Origin: a virus
Virus record (IMG/VR): IMGVR_UViG_3300042453_004434
Coordinates: 1-64,000 of that record
Direction: 5' to 3' (one strand)
DNA: 64,000 bases
A program made the position numbers and the translations under genes. The notes under the pieces were generated by a model. That model was not told the origin of the DNA and made no database searches. It saw only the letters and a list, made by a program, of their open reading frames with translations. Below, in pieces: positions 36,653-47,698 of this stretch. Position 1 is the first letter of the stretch; the number at the start of each line of letters is the position of its first letter.

Positions 36653-37417
36653 ATGTCTATCAAAAATATAAAATCTCAAGAAATGAAAAACAAATACAAA
36701 AGATTAATCGTAAGCGATTTACATCTAGGATCACAACATAGTAGAAGCGATCTATTTTTGCAATTGTTAAAAAATATTGAGGTCGATGAAATAATTCTTA
36801 ATGGAGATATTATTGATGTTGTAGCTTTAAATAATAAAAAATTTAAAAATTGGCCGAAAGAACATTCTGTAGTTATTCAAAAACTATTGAGATTTATTCG
36901 TCATGGCGGAAAAATTATTTGGATCAGAGGTAATCACGAACTTAATTTAATTGATAGTTTTTTAAATGAAGAAATATCGGGTATTTATTTTTGCGAAGAA
37001 TATGTAATCGATAATTCTATTCTCATTCATCATGGAGATAAATTAGACTTTTTAGTTAAAGGAAAGTTTCAAAAATTATCTGAAATAGGAGCAATAGGAT
37101 ATGAAACGTTATTGAATTTTAATTATTATTTTCGCAAAATATTTTTTAAATTAAATCCTACTTTTTCATTAAGCTCATTTGTTAAATCTAATTTAAAAAA
37201 AGTAATGCAGTACATTACTTCTTTTGAAACATTAGCTGCCGAAGATGCTAAGTTAAAAGGATTTCAAACTGTTATTTTAGGACATATTCATCAACATTGC
37301 GATAAAACAATAAATGAAATTAGATATTTAAATTCAGGATGCTGGATGGATGATTCTGATCCTCATTATATAGTTCAGCATTTAAATGATCAATTAGAAT
37401 TAAAAAAATATAACTAA
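36653..37417 (+). CDS. calcineurin-like metallophosphoesterase (LpxH-like)
   Basis: SDLHLG, NGDIID, RGNHE, HHGD, GHIH, NSGCW. Confidence 0.88.
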   Translation: MSIKNIKSQEMKNKYKRLIVSDLHLGSQHSRSDLFLQLLKNIEVDEIILNGDIIDVVALNNKKFKNWPKEHSVVIQKLLRFIRHGGKIIWIRGNHELNLIDSFLNEEISGIYFCEEYVIDNSILIHHGDKLDFLVKGKFQKLSEIGAIGYETLLNFNYYFRKIFFKLNPTFSLSSFVKSNLKKVMQYITSFETLAAEDAKLKGFQTVILGHIHQHCDKTINEIRYLNSGCWMDDSDPHYIVQHLNDQLELKKYN

Positions 37418-37424
37418 TCAAACT

Positions 37425-38438
37425 ATGAAAGTATTATTCGGCGTTCAAAGTGAAGGAAATGGACATATGGTCCAAGCATTATCCATTAAAGACTATTTAA
37501 AAACAAGGAACTATGAAATTGGCCCCGCATTTGTCGCTAAAAAGAAAAAAGGTTTAGCATCATTTTTCACTGATGAATTTGAAACAGTAGAATATGAAGG
37601 TTTTGATTTTGTATTTGGCGATAATGGCAAAGTAGTTATATGGAAAACAATATTAAAAAATATATATGAACTTCCTAAGTTTGTTTATTCCTTTTATAAA
37701 ATATATAAAACAATTAAACAACAAAAGCCAGATATCATTGTTAATTTTTATGAGCCACTCGTTGGTTTATCTGCTTTATTGTTTCCTGAGATCAAATATA
37801 TAAGTTTTGGACATCAATATGCAATGACATTAGATATGTATCCTAAAATCGAAGGATTTTATATACAAAAAATGTTCTTGACATTGATTAATTATATAAC
37901 TAGTATTCGCGCCCAAAAAGTTGCTTTAAGCTATTATGAATTTAATGATGATAAAGTAATTGCTTGTCCACCAATTCTAAGAAAAGAAACTTATATCAAA
38001 TCAGAAGACAAACAAGATTTTGTTCTTGTTTATTTAATGAATGAAGATATGTTGCCTGATTTGATTGATGAAGCAATTAGAAATCCAGATATTAAATTAG
38101 AATGCTTTACTAAATTAACTAAAGAATTTATTTGTCCCAGAAATTTAAAAGTTTATAATTTAAATGGTAAATTATTTCAAGAAAAGATGAAAGTATGTAA
38201 AGCGGTTATTTGTAGCGGCGGTTTTGAAACAAGTTCAGAAGCTATATTGCATAACAAACCATTATTAATGATTCCTTTACCAAATCATTTCGAGCAATAC
38301 GCAAATTGTAATGACGCTGAAACTCACGGATTCGGCGCTTTCAGTAAAAAATTATATTTATCTTTAATACCAAAAAACCAAGTAAACAATGATACTTGGT
38401 TTAATAAATATAAAGATGTATTAGATAATTTATTCTAA
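37425..38438 (+). CDS. GT-B glycosyltransferase (MJ1255/GT28-like)
   Basis: GVQSEGNGH, NFYEP, PPILR, SGGFET..EA, FEQYAN. Confidence 0.85.
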   Translation: MKVLFGVQSEGNGHMVQALSIKDYLKTRNYEIGPAFVAKKKKGLASFFTDEFETVEYEGFDFVFGDNGKVVIWKTILKNIYELPKFVYSFYKIYKTIKQQKPDIIVNFYEPLVGLSALLFPEIKYISFGHQYAMTLDMYPKIEGFYIQKMFLTLINYITSIRAQKVALSYYEFNDDKVIACPPILRKETYIKSEDKQDFVLVYLMNEDMLPDLIDEAIRNPDIKLECFTKLTKEFICPRNLKVYNLNGKLFQEKMKVCKAVICSGGFETSSEAILHNKPLLMIPLPNHFEQYANCNDAETHGFGAFSKKLYLSLIPKNQVNNDTWFNKYKDVLDNLF

Positions 38439-38914
38439 TCCCAGAAAGTCTCAAAGTTTTCAGCAAACCAGACAAGAGCTTTCTTTTTTCTAATCTCTAA
38501 TTCTTGTGCTTTTTTATTATATTCATCCCACTTTTTCTTACAACTAGGCTCTGTAATAAACTCTATTTGAGAAACATCTTCTTCTTTTTTAATTAGTTTT
38601 AATTCGCCGCAATCAGGAATAGGATTATATTTCTCGTCATCTAGTATATAATCATACGCCCAAATGATTTCATCAATCTGATTTAGCCAATCATTTTCGG
38701 TCATTTCTGCTGGATGACCCATGCGTTGCATGTTTCTGAAATAACGTAGCTTTTTTAAATTATGTCTAGCAATTACTCGAAAAACATTCCAACATTCTTC
38801 ATCACTAGAACCATATCTTAGTTTTTGATATGTGCTAATAATTTTTCTGCGAATATGATAATATTGATCTTCAATTATTTCTGCTATATATCCGTAAATG
38901 TATTTAATATCCAT
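38435..38914 (-). CDS. hypothetical phage protein
   Basis: likely start MDIKY; W...IDEIIWAY...FAENFETFWD. Confidence 0.65.
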   Translation of the reverse strand: MDIKYIYGYIAEIIEDQYYHIRRKIISTYQKLRYGSSDEECWNVFRVIARHNLKKLRYFRNMQRMGHPAEMTENDWLNQIDEIIWAYDYILDDEKYNPIPDCGELKLIKKEEDVSQIEFITEPSCKKKWDEYNKKAQELEIRKKKALVWFAENFETFWD

Positions 38915-38915
38915 A

Positions 38916-39152
38916 TTAATAATCTGTTTGACGTGAAGCTGAGATGCCGAAGCCAAGAATGGCGAACATGAACATCCAATGATCGTGAGTATAGCGAAAA
39001 TCAAATGTCGTGTCAAACGAAATATTTACTCCCTTATAATAAGATTGCGAAAAGTCATCAAAGAAATAAACTCTTTTAATGACCGGCAACATTAAAGATA
39101 TTTGAAAACAATTATAAGGATTGTCTTTTTCTTGCCATCTGTATAGTTGCAT
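38916..39152 (-). CDS. hypothetical protein
   Basis: 78-aa ORF abutting the downstream gene. Confidence 0.5.
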   Translation of the reverse strand: MQLYRWQEKDNPYNCFQISLMLPVIKRVYFFDDFSQSYYKGVNISFDTTFDFRYTHDHWMFMFAILGFGISASRQTDY

Positions 39153-40000
39153 AATCTAGAAGAAATTAATCAAGCATGGCTTGAACTATTTTGTTTTTCT
39201 AATGCGGCGAGTTTAAGTTTGAGTTCTTGATTTTCGAGCAGTAATTGTTCATACTTTACTCGAATTAATCTTACAAGCTCTATTATGTCTATTTCATTCA
39301 TGTATATAATTGGCTATTATTTCACCAAATACTTTTTTAATTTGTTTCTTCGCGCCTTTTAATGAAGAGTCAGTGATTGTAATATATATTTTTTTATTAC
39401 GCCCACGTTCAATATTATCAATGCTGAAATAGTATCTTTTCACAGAGATATCTTATTGAACTGCTTTTTTTACTCATATTTGTTGTCTGCGAGCATTCAT
39501 CTCAAGCAGTCTTTGATATTGATATTCAATCAGCTCGGCAGGAGTAAGAATATCGCCTCCAATGCTGAACCGTGAATAATCACTGCTGCTTTGAATCAAC
39601 ACAGCTTCTTCAAGAGTCAATTTACGATTTTCTTCTTCAGCAGACATTAAAGCCTTGAATGCTAGCTTGTTCTTGGATGGTTGTCGTTTCATTGGCGCAA
39701 TATTTTAGTGTTATAGAGAAGTGAATTTTTTAACTGTCTGCCTGAGATCTTAGAGGATTTCCGAGGGGAGTCAAGCAAAATGTTGTAAGTCAATATAATT
39801 TATATAAGATTTTGCCACACTTTTTGCAGCTCCAAGCCTTATTTCTGCCTGCATCGTATAGAAATGAATCACAATCGTCAAGCGAAGAATGCTGACACCT
39901 GCGAGTTTCCCAAAACCACCACTTAAGCCATTTAAAAAAAGACATTTTGTTTTTTAATTTCAGTAAATGCACCTACTTCACCGCGCACTAAAAACAGTCT

Positions 40001-40591
40001 TTAACTATTTTGCTCAATTTCCTTCTCGGGTTTTCTAGGTTTTGTTACTCTGATAGTTACGCATTCAAACGAAGGAATAACTTCAGTTCTTTCTCCAGAA
40101 GGAAGATTAAGTTTTAAAAAATCAATGTAATTCCACATACCATCAAAGTCCTTTGTAGCAAAAAATTTATTTACTTTCTTTGATTGCTTTTTATCAAGAT
40201 GATAGTCTATATAGTTTTTAAACCCTACAACTTCAGGTAAAGGCTCATCACTTGCTTTTAATGGACCATGAAAATCAACTGTATAACCATAATAACCATC
40301 ATTATTTTTAACAGCTAATACTTCTTCAAAAGTTTTTTTAATCTCATATGCTATGCGGCCATCACCAATTTGTGGTGCGTTAAAACCATAACTTGAACCG
40401 CGACTTGCAATTTCAGGCATTACAATAGATTTAATAAGTGCGCCAATAGCATCAACTTGTTGGCGATCTATTTTAAAATCATACGCATAATCTAATGCAA
40501 TATCAACCTGTCCAGTCTTTAAACGAAAATAAGTTTCAAGTGCGGCATTAATTACTCGCAAATGATTGTCAGTTAATTTGACTGTATTCAT
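40001..40591 (-). CDS. hypothetical protein
   Basis: 196-aa ORF in operon. Confidence 0.65.
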   Translation of the reverse strand: MNTVKLTDNHLRVINAALETYFRLKTGQVDIALDYAYDFKIDRQQVDAIGALIKSIVMPEIASRGSSYGFNAPQIGDGRIAYEIKKTFEEVLAVKNNDGYYGYTVDFHGPLKASDEPLPEVVGFKNYIDYHLDKKQSKKVNKFFATKDFDGMWNYIDFLKLNLPSGERTEVIPSFECVTIRVTKPRKPEKEIEQNS

Positions 40592-40594
40592 TAT

Positions 40595-40903
40595 TTACTT
40601 ATCCTCCTTAATTTTGTCCCACTGTTCGCACGATCTTTTGTCATTACACCAAACTCTCATCTCATCTCCAACCTCTTCCAGCCGCTTGATGCGTTGCCTC
40701 AGTCTGAGGTTTTCCTCGTCAAGTAGTTGTTGTTGTCGAATGATGGAATTTGTTTCGTTAAGTTCTATTTCTAATTGTTTAGCAAATTTAGCATCAACAA
40801 CGCATTTATCTTCATCTACTTTTACAATTGGACGACAAACCCAATGATGATAAACATTTTGTATGTGATCCAATTCTTCATCTGTTCTTGGCGTTTCACT
40901 CAT
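40595..40903 (-). CDS. hypothetical phage protein (TPRTD...FAKQLE type)
   Basis: MSETPRTD...VDAKFAKQLE followed by a coiled coil. Confidence 0.6.
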   Translation of the reverse strand: MSETPRTDEELDHIQNVYHHWVCRPIVKVDEDKCVVDAKFAKQLEIELNETNSIIRQQQLLDEENLRLRQRIKRLEEVGDEMRVWCNDKRSCEQWDKIKEDK

Positions 40904-41234
40904 ACTTATAAAGTATTCTAGCGTTAGTAAAATCTGATTTTTTAATCAAAATATTATCATTTATATTGATAAATTCGCTATCTTTATTATTTAAATTAAT
41001 ATGTATAGCTTTAATTGCGTCAGTATATTCTTTAGTTTTTTCTTCTCTTAGTTTAATAAATACTGAATGATTATCATGTGTTATTTCATAACTGTTTGAA
41101 TATATCATGACTGATTTACGAGTTATATATTCTACTTCTAATATGATTTTTACATAATGCGTTTTTGGAGTAGATAATTGCTTCTGTTCTTTTTTAAGAA
41201 TTTTATTAAGAATTAGATTTATCATATTGAACAT
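40896..41234 (-). CDS. hypothetical protein
   Basis: 112-aa ORF overlapping its neighbours. Confidence 0.5.
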   Translation of the reverse strand: MFNMINLILNKILKKEQKQLSTPKTHYVKIILEVEYITRKSVMIYSNSYEITHDNHSVFIKLREEKTKEYTDAIKAIHINLNNKDSEFININDNILIKKSDFTNARILYKYE

Positions 41235-41538
41235 CTAACGGATAAGAAGAATTACCATTTAAACCAAGAAAGCCATCAGTTTTTATATTCAAAGGTTGAT
41301 TAAATTTTATCTCATTCTTTGAATGCATAATTGTCATGCGATCAATCTTGTTATTTGTTTCGCCGATTGTTAAATTACCAGCTTCATTAACAGTTAAAGT
41401 AAAAGATTCGCCTGTACTGTTTGTTAATACAAGTGAATTGGCGGTTATTTGTTTTGGTTTTGGCGGTTCAGTATTTGCTAATATTTTGCCGCCAAATATA
41501 CTACCAACTAGAGTTGCTAAAAAAGATTTTCTATTCAT
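41206..41538 (-). CDS. protein with a Tat-like signal peptide
   Basis: MNRKSFLATLVGSIFGG. Confidence 0.55.
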   Translation of the reverse strand: MNRKSFLATLVGSIFGGKILANTEPPKPKQITANSLVLTNSTGESFTLTVNEAGNLTIGETNNKIDRMTIMHSKNEIKFNQPLNIKTDGFLGLNGNSSYPLDVQYDKSNS

Positions 41539-42998
41539 ATTATTCTTCGATTACTTCTGCATCAAGTAAATCTTTTTGTATAATATAAGGTAATGAAATG
41601 TATTGAGTGCAACCTTTATAAGAGTTGTTAGCTTCTTTAACCCATTCATCACATTCTTTTTTAGAATCAAAACAAATGGTCATCATTTTTCCAGAAGCAT
41701 ATCCATATTGACTATGCGGAGACCAACGAAGTTTTTTGAATTTAATAGTAGTCATATTGGTTTGTTATTTTGTATAATGTATTCTATTTGTACAATTACC
41801 TTTATGAGTTAATGAGAAACCTCTTCCACCAAAGGTTTTGATATATTGGCAATTATCTATTGTAACTACTTTTCCATCATTTGTAATAATGTAAGTAGTT
41901 AGAAATCCAATTATAAATGTTAAAATTAAATAAAATATAGCGTTTGATTGTTTATTCATATTATCCTCTATTTATTAAACCTGCTACTTCCAAATACCGA
42001 TAAGCGTATGTGCTATTTTTATCATTTTCTTCTTTTAGTTTAAGAAATCGCTTACGAAGATTGTAGTATTTCAGCGGGAAAGTCAATATTTTCTTTACAT
42101 TTTTTACAGACCACACGATTATCAAATGTCAAGAAACTATTTGTTAGAGTTTCCCAATTCATAATTAACGAATTACATTCATCACAACTCTCCAAAAGAG
42201 GCTCACCCTCAATCTGTTGTTGATTCCAAACATTCATCGTGGATATATATTATTATCGTTTAGTTCCGTTTATATTAATCCTAATAATCTTATTATTCCG
42301 AGCAACAAACAAAGCATTCGTACCATGATTTATCTCATCCTTCTCCCAAGCCTTGAGTTTGAGTCCCTTGAGAGTATCAGCATAACGGATGTCAGGACCA
42401 AATAATGATTTTGGGTTGCCTAGGAGCATATACTTTCCGCTATCAATTTTCATCGTAAAAACATTCTACAGGTTTTTGGTGGGAAGTCAAAATCTTTTTT
42501 AATCTTTTCCCAAAATGCGAAACTCATAACCTTCAGTACCAAAAATATCGCTAAATTCCATCTGAGTTTCATCTAACAATCTTTCAAATTTATCCCAAGT
42601 AAGGTCGATAACTTCTTTATTTTGTTTATCACTAAGATTATTAACCCATTCAGTAAAATTATTTAAAGCATCAACAAGGTTTTCTTTGTTGTATTTATAT
42701 TTCATTTACTCTTACAGTTTAACTGCTTTTTTGGGATTTGAAAAAATCATGACTGTAGCCTATCTTTATTAGCTCTTTACCCATTTCCTGTTCACTCATC
42801 TGTAGACGTGAACGTTTTAGATTACTCATAGGATAACCGATAGTTGAAATTGCTTCTAAACTCATTCCATTAGGTATAGGCTCTAAACTAAGCACATCAA
42901 AGGTAATAGTAGTTTTGTAAAATCCACGGGTGTTCATAATTATTTATTTAATTTACTCTTTCAGTTTACTAGCTTTTTTGGGGAAGCCAAGCAGTCTT

Positions 42999-43412
42999 TT
43001 ATTTGTTCAATTTCATTGTCACTAGATCTTGAGTTTTACGCTTAAATTCATTTTCTGTATATTTACGGCCATTTAGATACCAACCCTTAACACCATAAAC
43101 AAATTCCATAGCAGGCCCATCAGTACGATGTAAATTATCATTTATAAACCACTCCTTAGAGCCATCAGCATATTCACAAGCAGGTCCATCCTTACGATGT
43201 AGTTTATCATTCAAGTACCACCTCTTAGTGCCATTAGCAAGTTCTACAGCAGGTCCATCAGCACGATGACGATCTCCATTAAAATACCAATACTTAGAAC
43301 CGTCGGCAAATTCCATAGCAGGCCCATCCTCGCGATGTAACTTACCATTCAAATACCAATACTTAGTACCACTATAATCAGTTTGAACTTTATATGTCTT
43401 CATAATTTTCAT
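42999..43412 (-). CDS. 23-aa repeat protein (WYLNGKLHREDGPA repeats)
   Basis: four full repeats plus a partial one. Confidence 0.85.
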   Translation of the reverse strand: MKIMKTYKVQTDYSGTKYWYLNGKLHREDGPAMEFADGSKYWYFNGDRHRADGPAVELANGTKRWYLNDKLHRKDGPACEYADGSKEWFINDNLHRTDGPAMEFVYGVKGWYLNGRKYTENEFKRKTQDLVTMKLNK

Positions 43413-43634
43413 TTAATTTACTCTTTTAGTCTATCAGCTTTTTTGGAGAAGTCAACAACTTTTTTAGTTAGAGTCACGCAAATCACACATTGCACAATCC
43501 ACATCACGAAGAAAGCTTTCACTTTCAAGTTCCGTAAAATAAAACAAGACTGAATATATAAAAGTAACAATAATAATGATGGCGTTCATCGTGACAATAG
43601 TCTGCCTCAGAGGTTCAAAAAAGTCAACAATTTT

Positions 43635-44102
43635 TTATTTGGAAAGATATAACTTGCGAAGTTCTTCATCATCAATAAAATTAAAATCATTGCTGCGAGC
43701 TAGGCTGACATGATGAGTTTTAATCCAGCCTTTTTTATTACGCCCAACATCTTCTGTTTTACCAGTAGTTTCACAAGTAAAACTGCTACTATATTCGACA
43801 AAACTTACAACAGCAGAAATATGTTCATCACCACCGGTAAAATAATATCTTAATGTGCCAAACTTTTCTTTAATCTGTAAAGCTTTAACTTGGGGCACTA
43901 TTTTATATTGATCTGGATATTTAACTGCCCATTCATTATTTTGATCAATATATTTTTGAATGTATTGGCTAAGTCTAACTAGAATTAGAAACCAACCATC
44001 ATCACATTCAAAATGAAACAGATTAAATGGCGTATTTTCGCCAGTATCTGTATAAATCTTAGGAAAAATTTTGATTAGATATTGTTGGCGTTCTGGGGTC
44101 AT
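43635..44102 (-). CDS. hypothetical phage protein
   Basis: ECDDGW...QIKEKFGTLRYY...CETTG. Confidence 0.7.
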   Translation of the reverse strand: MTPERQQYLIKIFPKIYTDTGENTPFNLFHFECDDGWFLILVRLSQYIQKYIDQNNEWAVKYPDQYKIVPQVKALQIKEKFGTLRYYFTGGDEHISAVVSFVEYSSSFTCETTGKTEDVGRNKKGWIKTHHVSLARSNDFNFIDDEELRKLYLSK

Positions 44103-44443
44103 ATAATTGATTTTATTTTATTCTGAAATGCGCTACCTTCATCTTTCCAGTAAATATTTGAAATACCTCGTTTATCTGCTACAAATTGAGACACGCCATC
44201 CCATTGTTTTTCTTTATACAATTCATACAATTTTGGTAATTCATCATAAGCAACAGACTCAGTATCCGAAGCAGGAACAAAATAATCATTTATCAAAACA
44301 TACAATCCCAAACACTCTTTTTGAGTGCATCTATCAATTGCCGTGGTTACAAACAATACACCTTCATCCAATAAATAAGCAGCCATACTTTCTGGATCTG
44401 GCAGCTTTTTACCATTGATATCATAATAATATGTGCGGTTCAT
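44099..44443 (-). CDS. hypothetical protein
   Basis: 114-aa ORF in operon. Confidence 0.6.
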   Translation of the reverse strand: MNRTYYYDINGKKLPDPESMAAYLLDEGVLFVTTAIDRCTQKECLGLYVLINDYFVPASDTESVAYDELPKLYELYKEKQWDGVSQFVADKRGISNIYWKDEGSAFQNKIKSII

Positions 44444-44911
44444 ATTATTTCTTTAATTTACTTTCAACTGGCTTCATACCCAACAAAATTCGTGCTTGAT
44501 CGCGCACTTCAGCAGTTACAGCGTGACCATATTCATCAGGATTCAACAATGATTTTACAAATGATTTGTATTTTTGTAATTCATTTATCTCTTTTTCCAT
44601 GTAGTAGTTTTGATTATTTAAACTTACTAAATCTTTTGCAAAAGATTGAACACTTTCAATTAGCTTTTCGGCGCTGAATTGTATTTCTTTATTGTTCATA
44701 TTCATGCATCATACTAAAAAAATCATGCTTGTCAAGCCATCTAACAGCAGATTTATCAATTATACCAATATCACCATTTTTATCTGTTACTACAAAACCA
44801 GTAACAACATATTTTTTATCTTCAATTAATTCGGCGGTTTTTTTGGCTGTCAACTCTTTTTTAAATTTAGAGTCGCGAAGTATAGATAGTAGTTCAGATT
44901 CAATCATATTA

Positions 44912-45295
44912 TTATTTATATTTACCAATTGTTTTTAGAAATGCTTCTGCACGTTGGCGAGCAGTTGCATTTATAATCTTAAATCTTTCTTCAATAGTCA
45001 TTATTGTCCAACCATCTGTTTTGCAAATGTTTTCTAAATTATCTATATAATCTGAACAATTATTTTCTTTAAAGGATATCTTGACTGCTTTATTTATTGC
45101 ATTTAAATCATTACAATAATCAGATATAATTTCATACTCTTTGCTGTCAACATCTGATTCTTGATGTATTCCAACCCATACTTGAGACGGTCCATCAATA
45201 TACGGGTCTGTTCCAAATGGTTGATAATCCTGTTCTCGGATCTTTCTCCACCCACAATATTCAGCAATCTCAATATTGATTTCTTCATCAGTCAT
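44912..45295 (-). CDS. phage ABA-sandwich-like protein, copy 2
   Basis: likely start MTDEEIN; IAEY..W, DYCNDLNA, TARQRAEAFLKTIGK. Confidence 0.65.
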   Translation of the reverse strand: MTDEEINIEIAEYCGWRKIREQDYQPFGTDPYIDGPSQVWVGIHQESDVDSKEYEIISDYCNDLNAINKAVKISFKENNCSDYIDNLENICKTDGWTIMTIEERFKIINATARQRAEAFLKTIGKYK

Positions 45296-45296
45296 A

Positions 45297-45596
45297 TCAA
45301 TCTTTCCATTTTCCAATAGTTTTAAGAAAAGTTTGTGCTCTTTGTTTAGCGGTAGAATGCCATGCCCATGATGTTGTTTCTTTTTGTAAAGCGGCTTCAT
45401 ACGCGCAAGCATCCCAATTATTCGTTGTAAACAAAATCTTTTCTGCTTCGCGCATTGCATTCAAATCATTACAATAATCAGGCGGAATATCCCATCCTTC
45501 AAATGGCTTACCAGTCATGTCTCTTGGAATGATTGCTGGTTTCCATTGAATATATTCAGCAATAATTTTATTGATTTCTGAATCAGTCATGATCAC
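45297..45596 (-). CDS. phage ABA-sandwich-like protein, copy 1
   Basis: MTDSEIN, PDYCNDLNAM, TAKQRAQTFLKTIGK. Confidence 0.65.
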   Translation of the reverse strand: MIMTDSEINKIIAEYIQWKPAIIPRDMTGKPFEGWDIPPDYCNDLNAMREAEKILFTTNNWDACAYEAALQKETTSWAWHSTAKQRAQTFLKTIGKWKD

Positions 45597-45825
45597 TTTC
45601 CAATGTCTTGTTGGATCTTAATATCCCACTCTCTGTTGAGTTTGTCAAGTTTATTTGCAATTTCTCTTAAAGTATTTGAAGTCCAAGCTCCATTAATACT
45701 TTCATCCATCCAAAAATAAAAATAACCATCAACATCTCGTTCTATACTTGCAATACTAACATTGTTTTTGGTTCGTACTTCAACTTTATAATCTTTTACT
45801 TTTTTATACTTAAATGAACTCATAG

Positions 45826-46251
45826 TTATTTACTTTTAAATTGACAATCATCAATAATATCATCACAAATTAAACACTCACCATTAGCATCTAACTTGCA
45901 GGGTACATTAAAAATATTACCAATAATTTTAATGTCTTTTTTAGGGATATGTCCAAGTATTACGCTATGATATTTATATTCATTATCAATAATATATACG
46001 CCATTATGCATATCGACACAACCAACAAAGCTGATATATTTTACAATATCACCTTCGTAAATGTCTTTTCCATTCTTATCTTTTAATCCTGTATATTGTT
46101 GGATTACATAATCATCGCCACCGCTACCATTTTGTAGATTATGGAAGCGTCCATTTAAATCAATGATAAAGTGTTGTTGATTGTCATTATGAGGATAAAT
46201 GAATTGTAATCTCATTTTATCCCAAACTCTAAATTTAAATCGGTTATTCAT
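45826..46251 (-). CDS. YopX family protein
   Basis: KFRVWD, QQYTGLKDKNGKDIYEGDIV, IIGNIF. Confidence 0.9.
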   Translation of the reverse strand: MNNRFKFRVWDKMRLQFIYPHNDNQQHFIIDLNGRFHNLQNGSGGDDYVIQQYTGLKDKNGKDIYEGDIVKYISFVGCVDMHNGVYIIDNEYKYHSVILGHIPKKDIKIIGNIFNVPCKLDANGECLICDDIIDDCQFKSK

Positions 46252-46653
46252 ATTAGTTTAGTTCAAAATTATCATCTTTGAATATATCAAAGAATTCATC
46301 TATTGTATAATCATCGTGGCAACATGGGTAGTCACCGGGACAGCTAAAATTTATATATTTGTCACCCATTGTAAACCATCCAATTCTATTGTTTGTAATA
46401 AGCGTTTTCTTTTGTTTTAACATTTCTACTGCTTCAGTGACATTCATATTATTTTCTAACTTTTTTAATGATGGGGATGAAAATGTATCCCATAATAAAC
46501 GCAAGAATCACAATAGGAAAGAAAAAAACATATTCTAATATGCGATATATTTCTTTTGTTTTGTGATCGTTATGAGGATTATATTCCATTCTTAGTAAGA
46601 ACACAACATTGAGAACGATCCATACAATCAATATTGTTGACAAAATTAACATA

Positions 46654-47013
46654 TTACTTTAATAGTTCACTATGTTCAAAAATATTACCAACAATGACGG
46701 ACTCAAATGCTAAATCACAATTTAGATTGTCATAATCTTGGTTTCGTCCTTTCCGTTTCCATTGAAAGATATAACCACCGTGGTCAGCTTCATATAAGAC
46801 TTGTCCAATTACATCACCACCGACATCATAATGAATTTTTAAGATATCACCCTCGTAAATAGGGTTATCATTGCTATCAGTTAAGCCAGTGTATTGTTGA
46901 GCTATCCAATCGCATGAAGATGGATGTCCAAATTGTTCTCCCACTTGATAAATTTGAGTATCAAATCGTTTAATGGTGAAATCCCACACTCTAAATTTAA
47001 TTGGTCTGTTCAT
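46654..47013 (-). CDS. YopX family protein
   Basis: KFRVWD, QQYTGLTD...IYEGDIL, VGNIFEHSELL. Confidence 0.9.
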   Translation of the reverse strand: MNRPIKFRVWDFTIKRFDTQIYQVGEQFGHPSSCDWIAQQYTGLTDSNDNPIYEGDILKIHYDVGGDVIGQVLYEADHGGYIFQWKRKGRNQDYDNLNCDLAFESVIVGNIFEHSELLK

Positions 47014-47321
47014 AATTTTTTATATTCAACTCCGTAATTTCCTCTATCTAGAGAATCTTTTATACATTCATCAAGAAACTTCGTTAAATGACTATTACCC
47101 AATTCATCTTCACGAATAATGCTATTAACAATACAATAACAGAAATCTTTGGGATTGTCAATCGTCAATTTATATTTTATTCCGCTTAAATCATCTATTT
47201 CTTTCATTACCCCACCATTTTCTTCTTTTGCACAAAAAACTAGGGTATCTATTCCAATAGAAATATTTAATATTCCATCCTCTGTAATTTCAACTCTTAG
47301 TGGCAAATCTTTGTTTTTCAT
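47010..47321 (-). CDS. hypothetical protein
   Basis: 103-aa ORF in operon. Confidence 0.55.
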   Translation of the reverse strand: MKNKDLPLRVEITEDGILNISIGIDTLVFCAKEENGGVMKEIDDLSGIKYKLTIDNPKDFCYCIVNSIIREDELGNSHLTKFLDECIKDSLDRGNYGVEYKKL

Positions 47322-47341
47322 TTTTAAAGCGGTTATTCATA

Positions 47342-47698
47342 TTACTTTAATAATTCTTTGTTCTCAAATATATTACCAACAACTTCCAGATGCTTAAATC
47401 TATTTAGATATGGCGTTTGATTAACTAATTGTTCTCCAGAATTAGATTGAAAAATAAACCCAAGTTTGTCATCACTCCATTTGGCAATAAAATCCATATT
47501 GTCATAACTAGAATTTTGATTATATTGAACAATGTCCCCCTCAAATATTAGATTACCATTCTTATCTTTTAAACCTGTATATTGTTGAATATGTTTACTG
47601 GCTAAAAATACTTCTAGCGGCAAAACATTTAATACTTTTTGGGCAAAGAATTTATTATTTACTTCATCCCAAACCCTGAATTTAAAGCGATCACTCAT
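47342..47698 (-). CDS. YopX family protein
   Basis: KFRVWD, QQYTGLKDKNG..IFEGDIV, VGNIFENKELL. Confidence 0.9.
   Translation of the reverse strand: MSDRFKFRVWDEVNNKFFAQKVLNVLPLEVFLASKHIQQYTGLKDKNGNLIFEGDIVQYNQNSSYDNMDFIAKWSDDKLGFIFQSNSGEQLVNQTPYLNRFKHLEVVGNIFENKELLK

Noticed and set aside
42999-43412. Diversity-generating retroelement TR/VR pair in the 23-aa repeat gene
   Set aside because: Differences among repeats are not adenine-specific and no reverse transcriptase is visible
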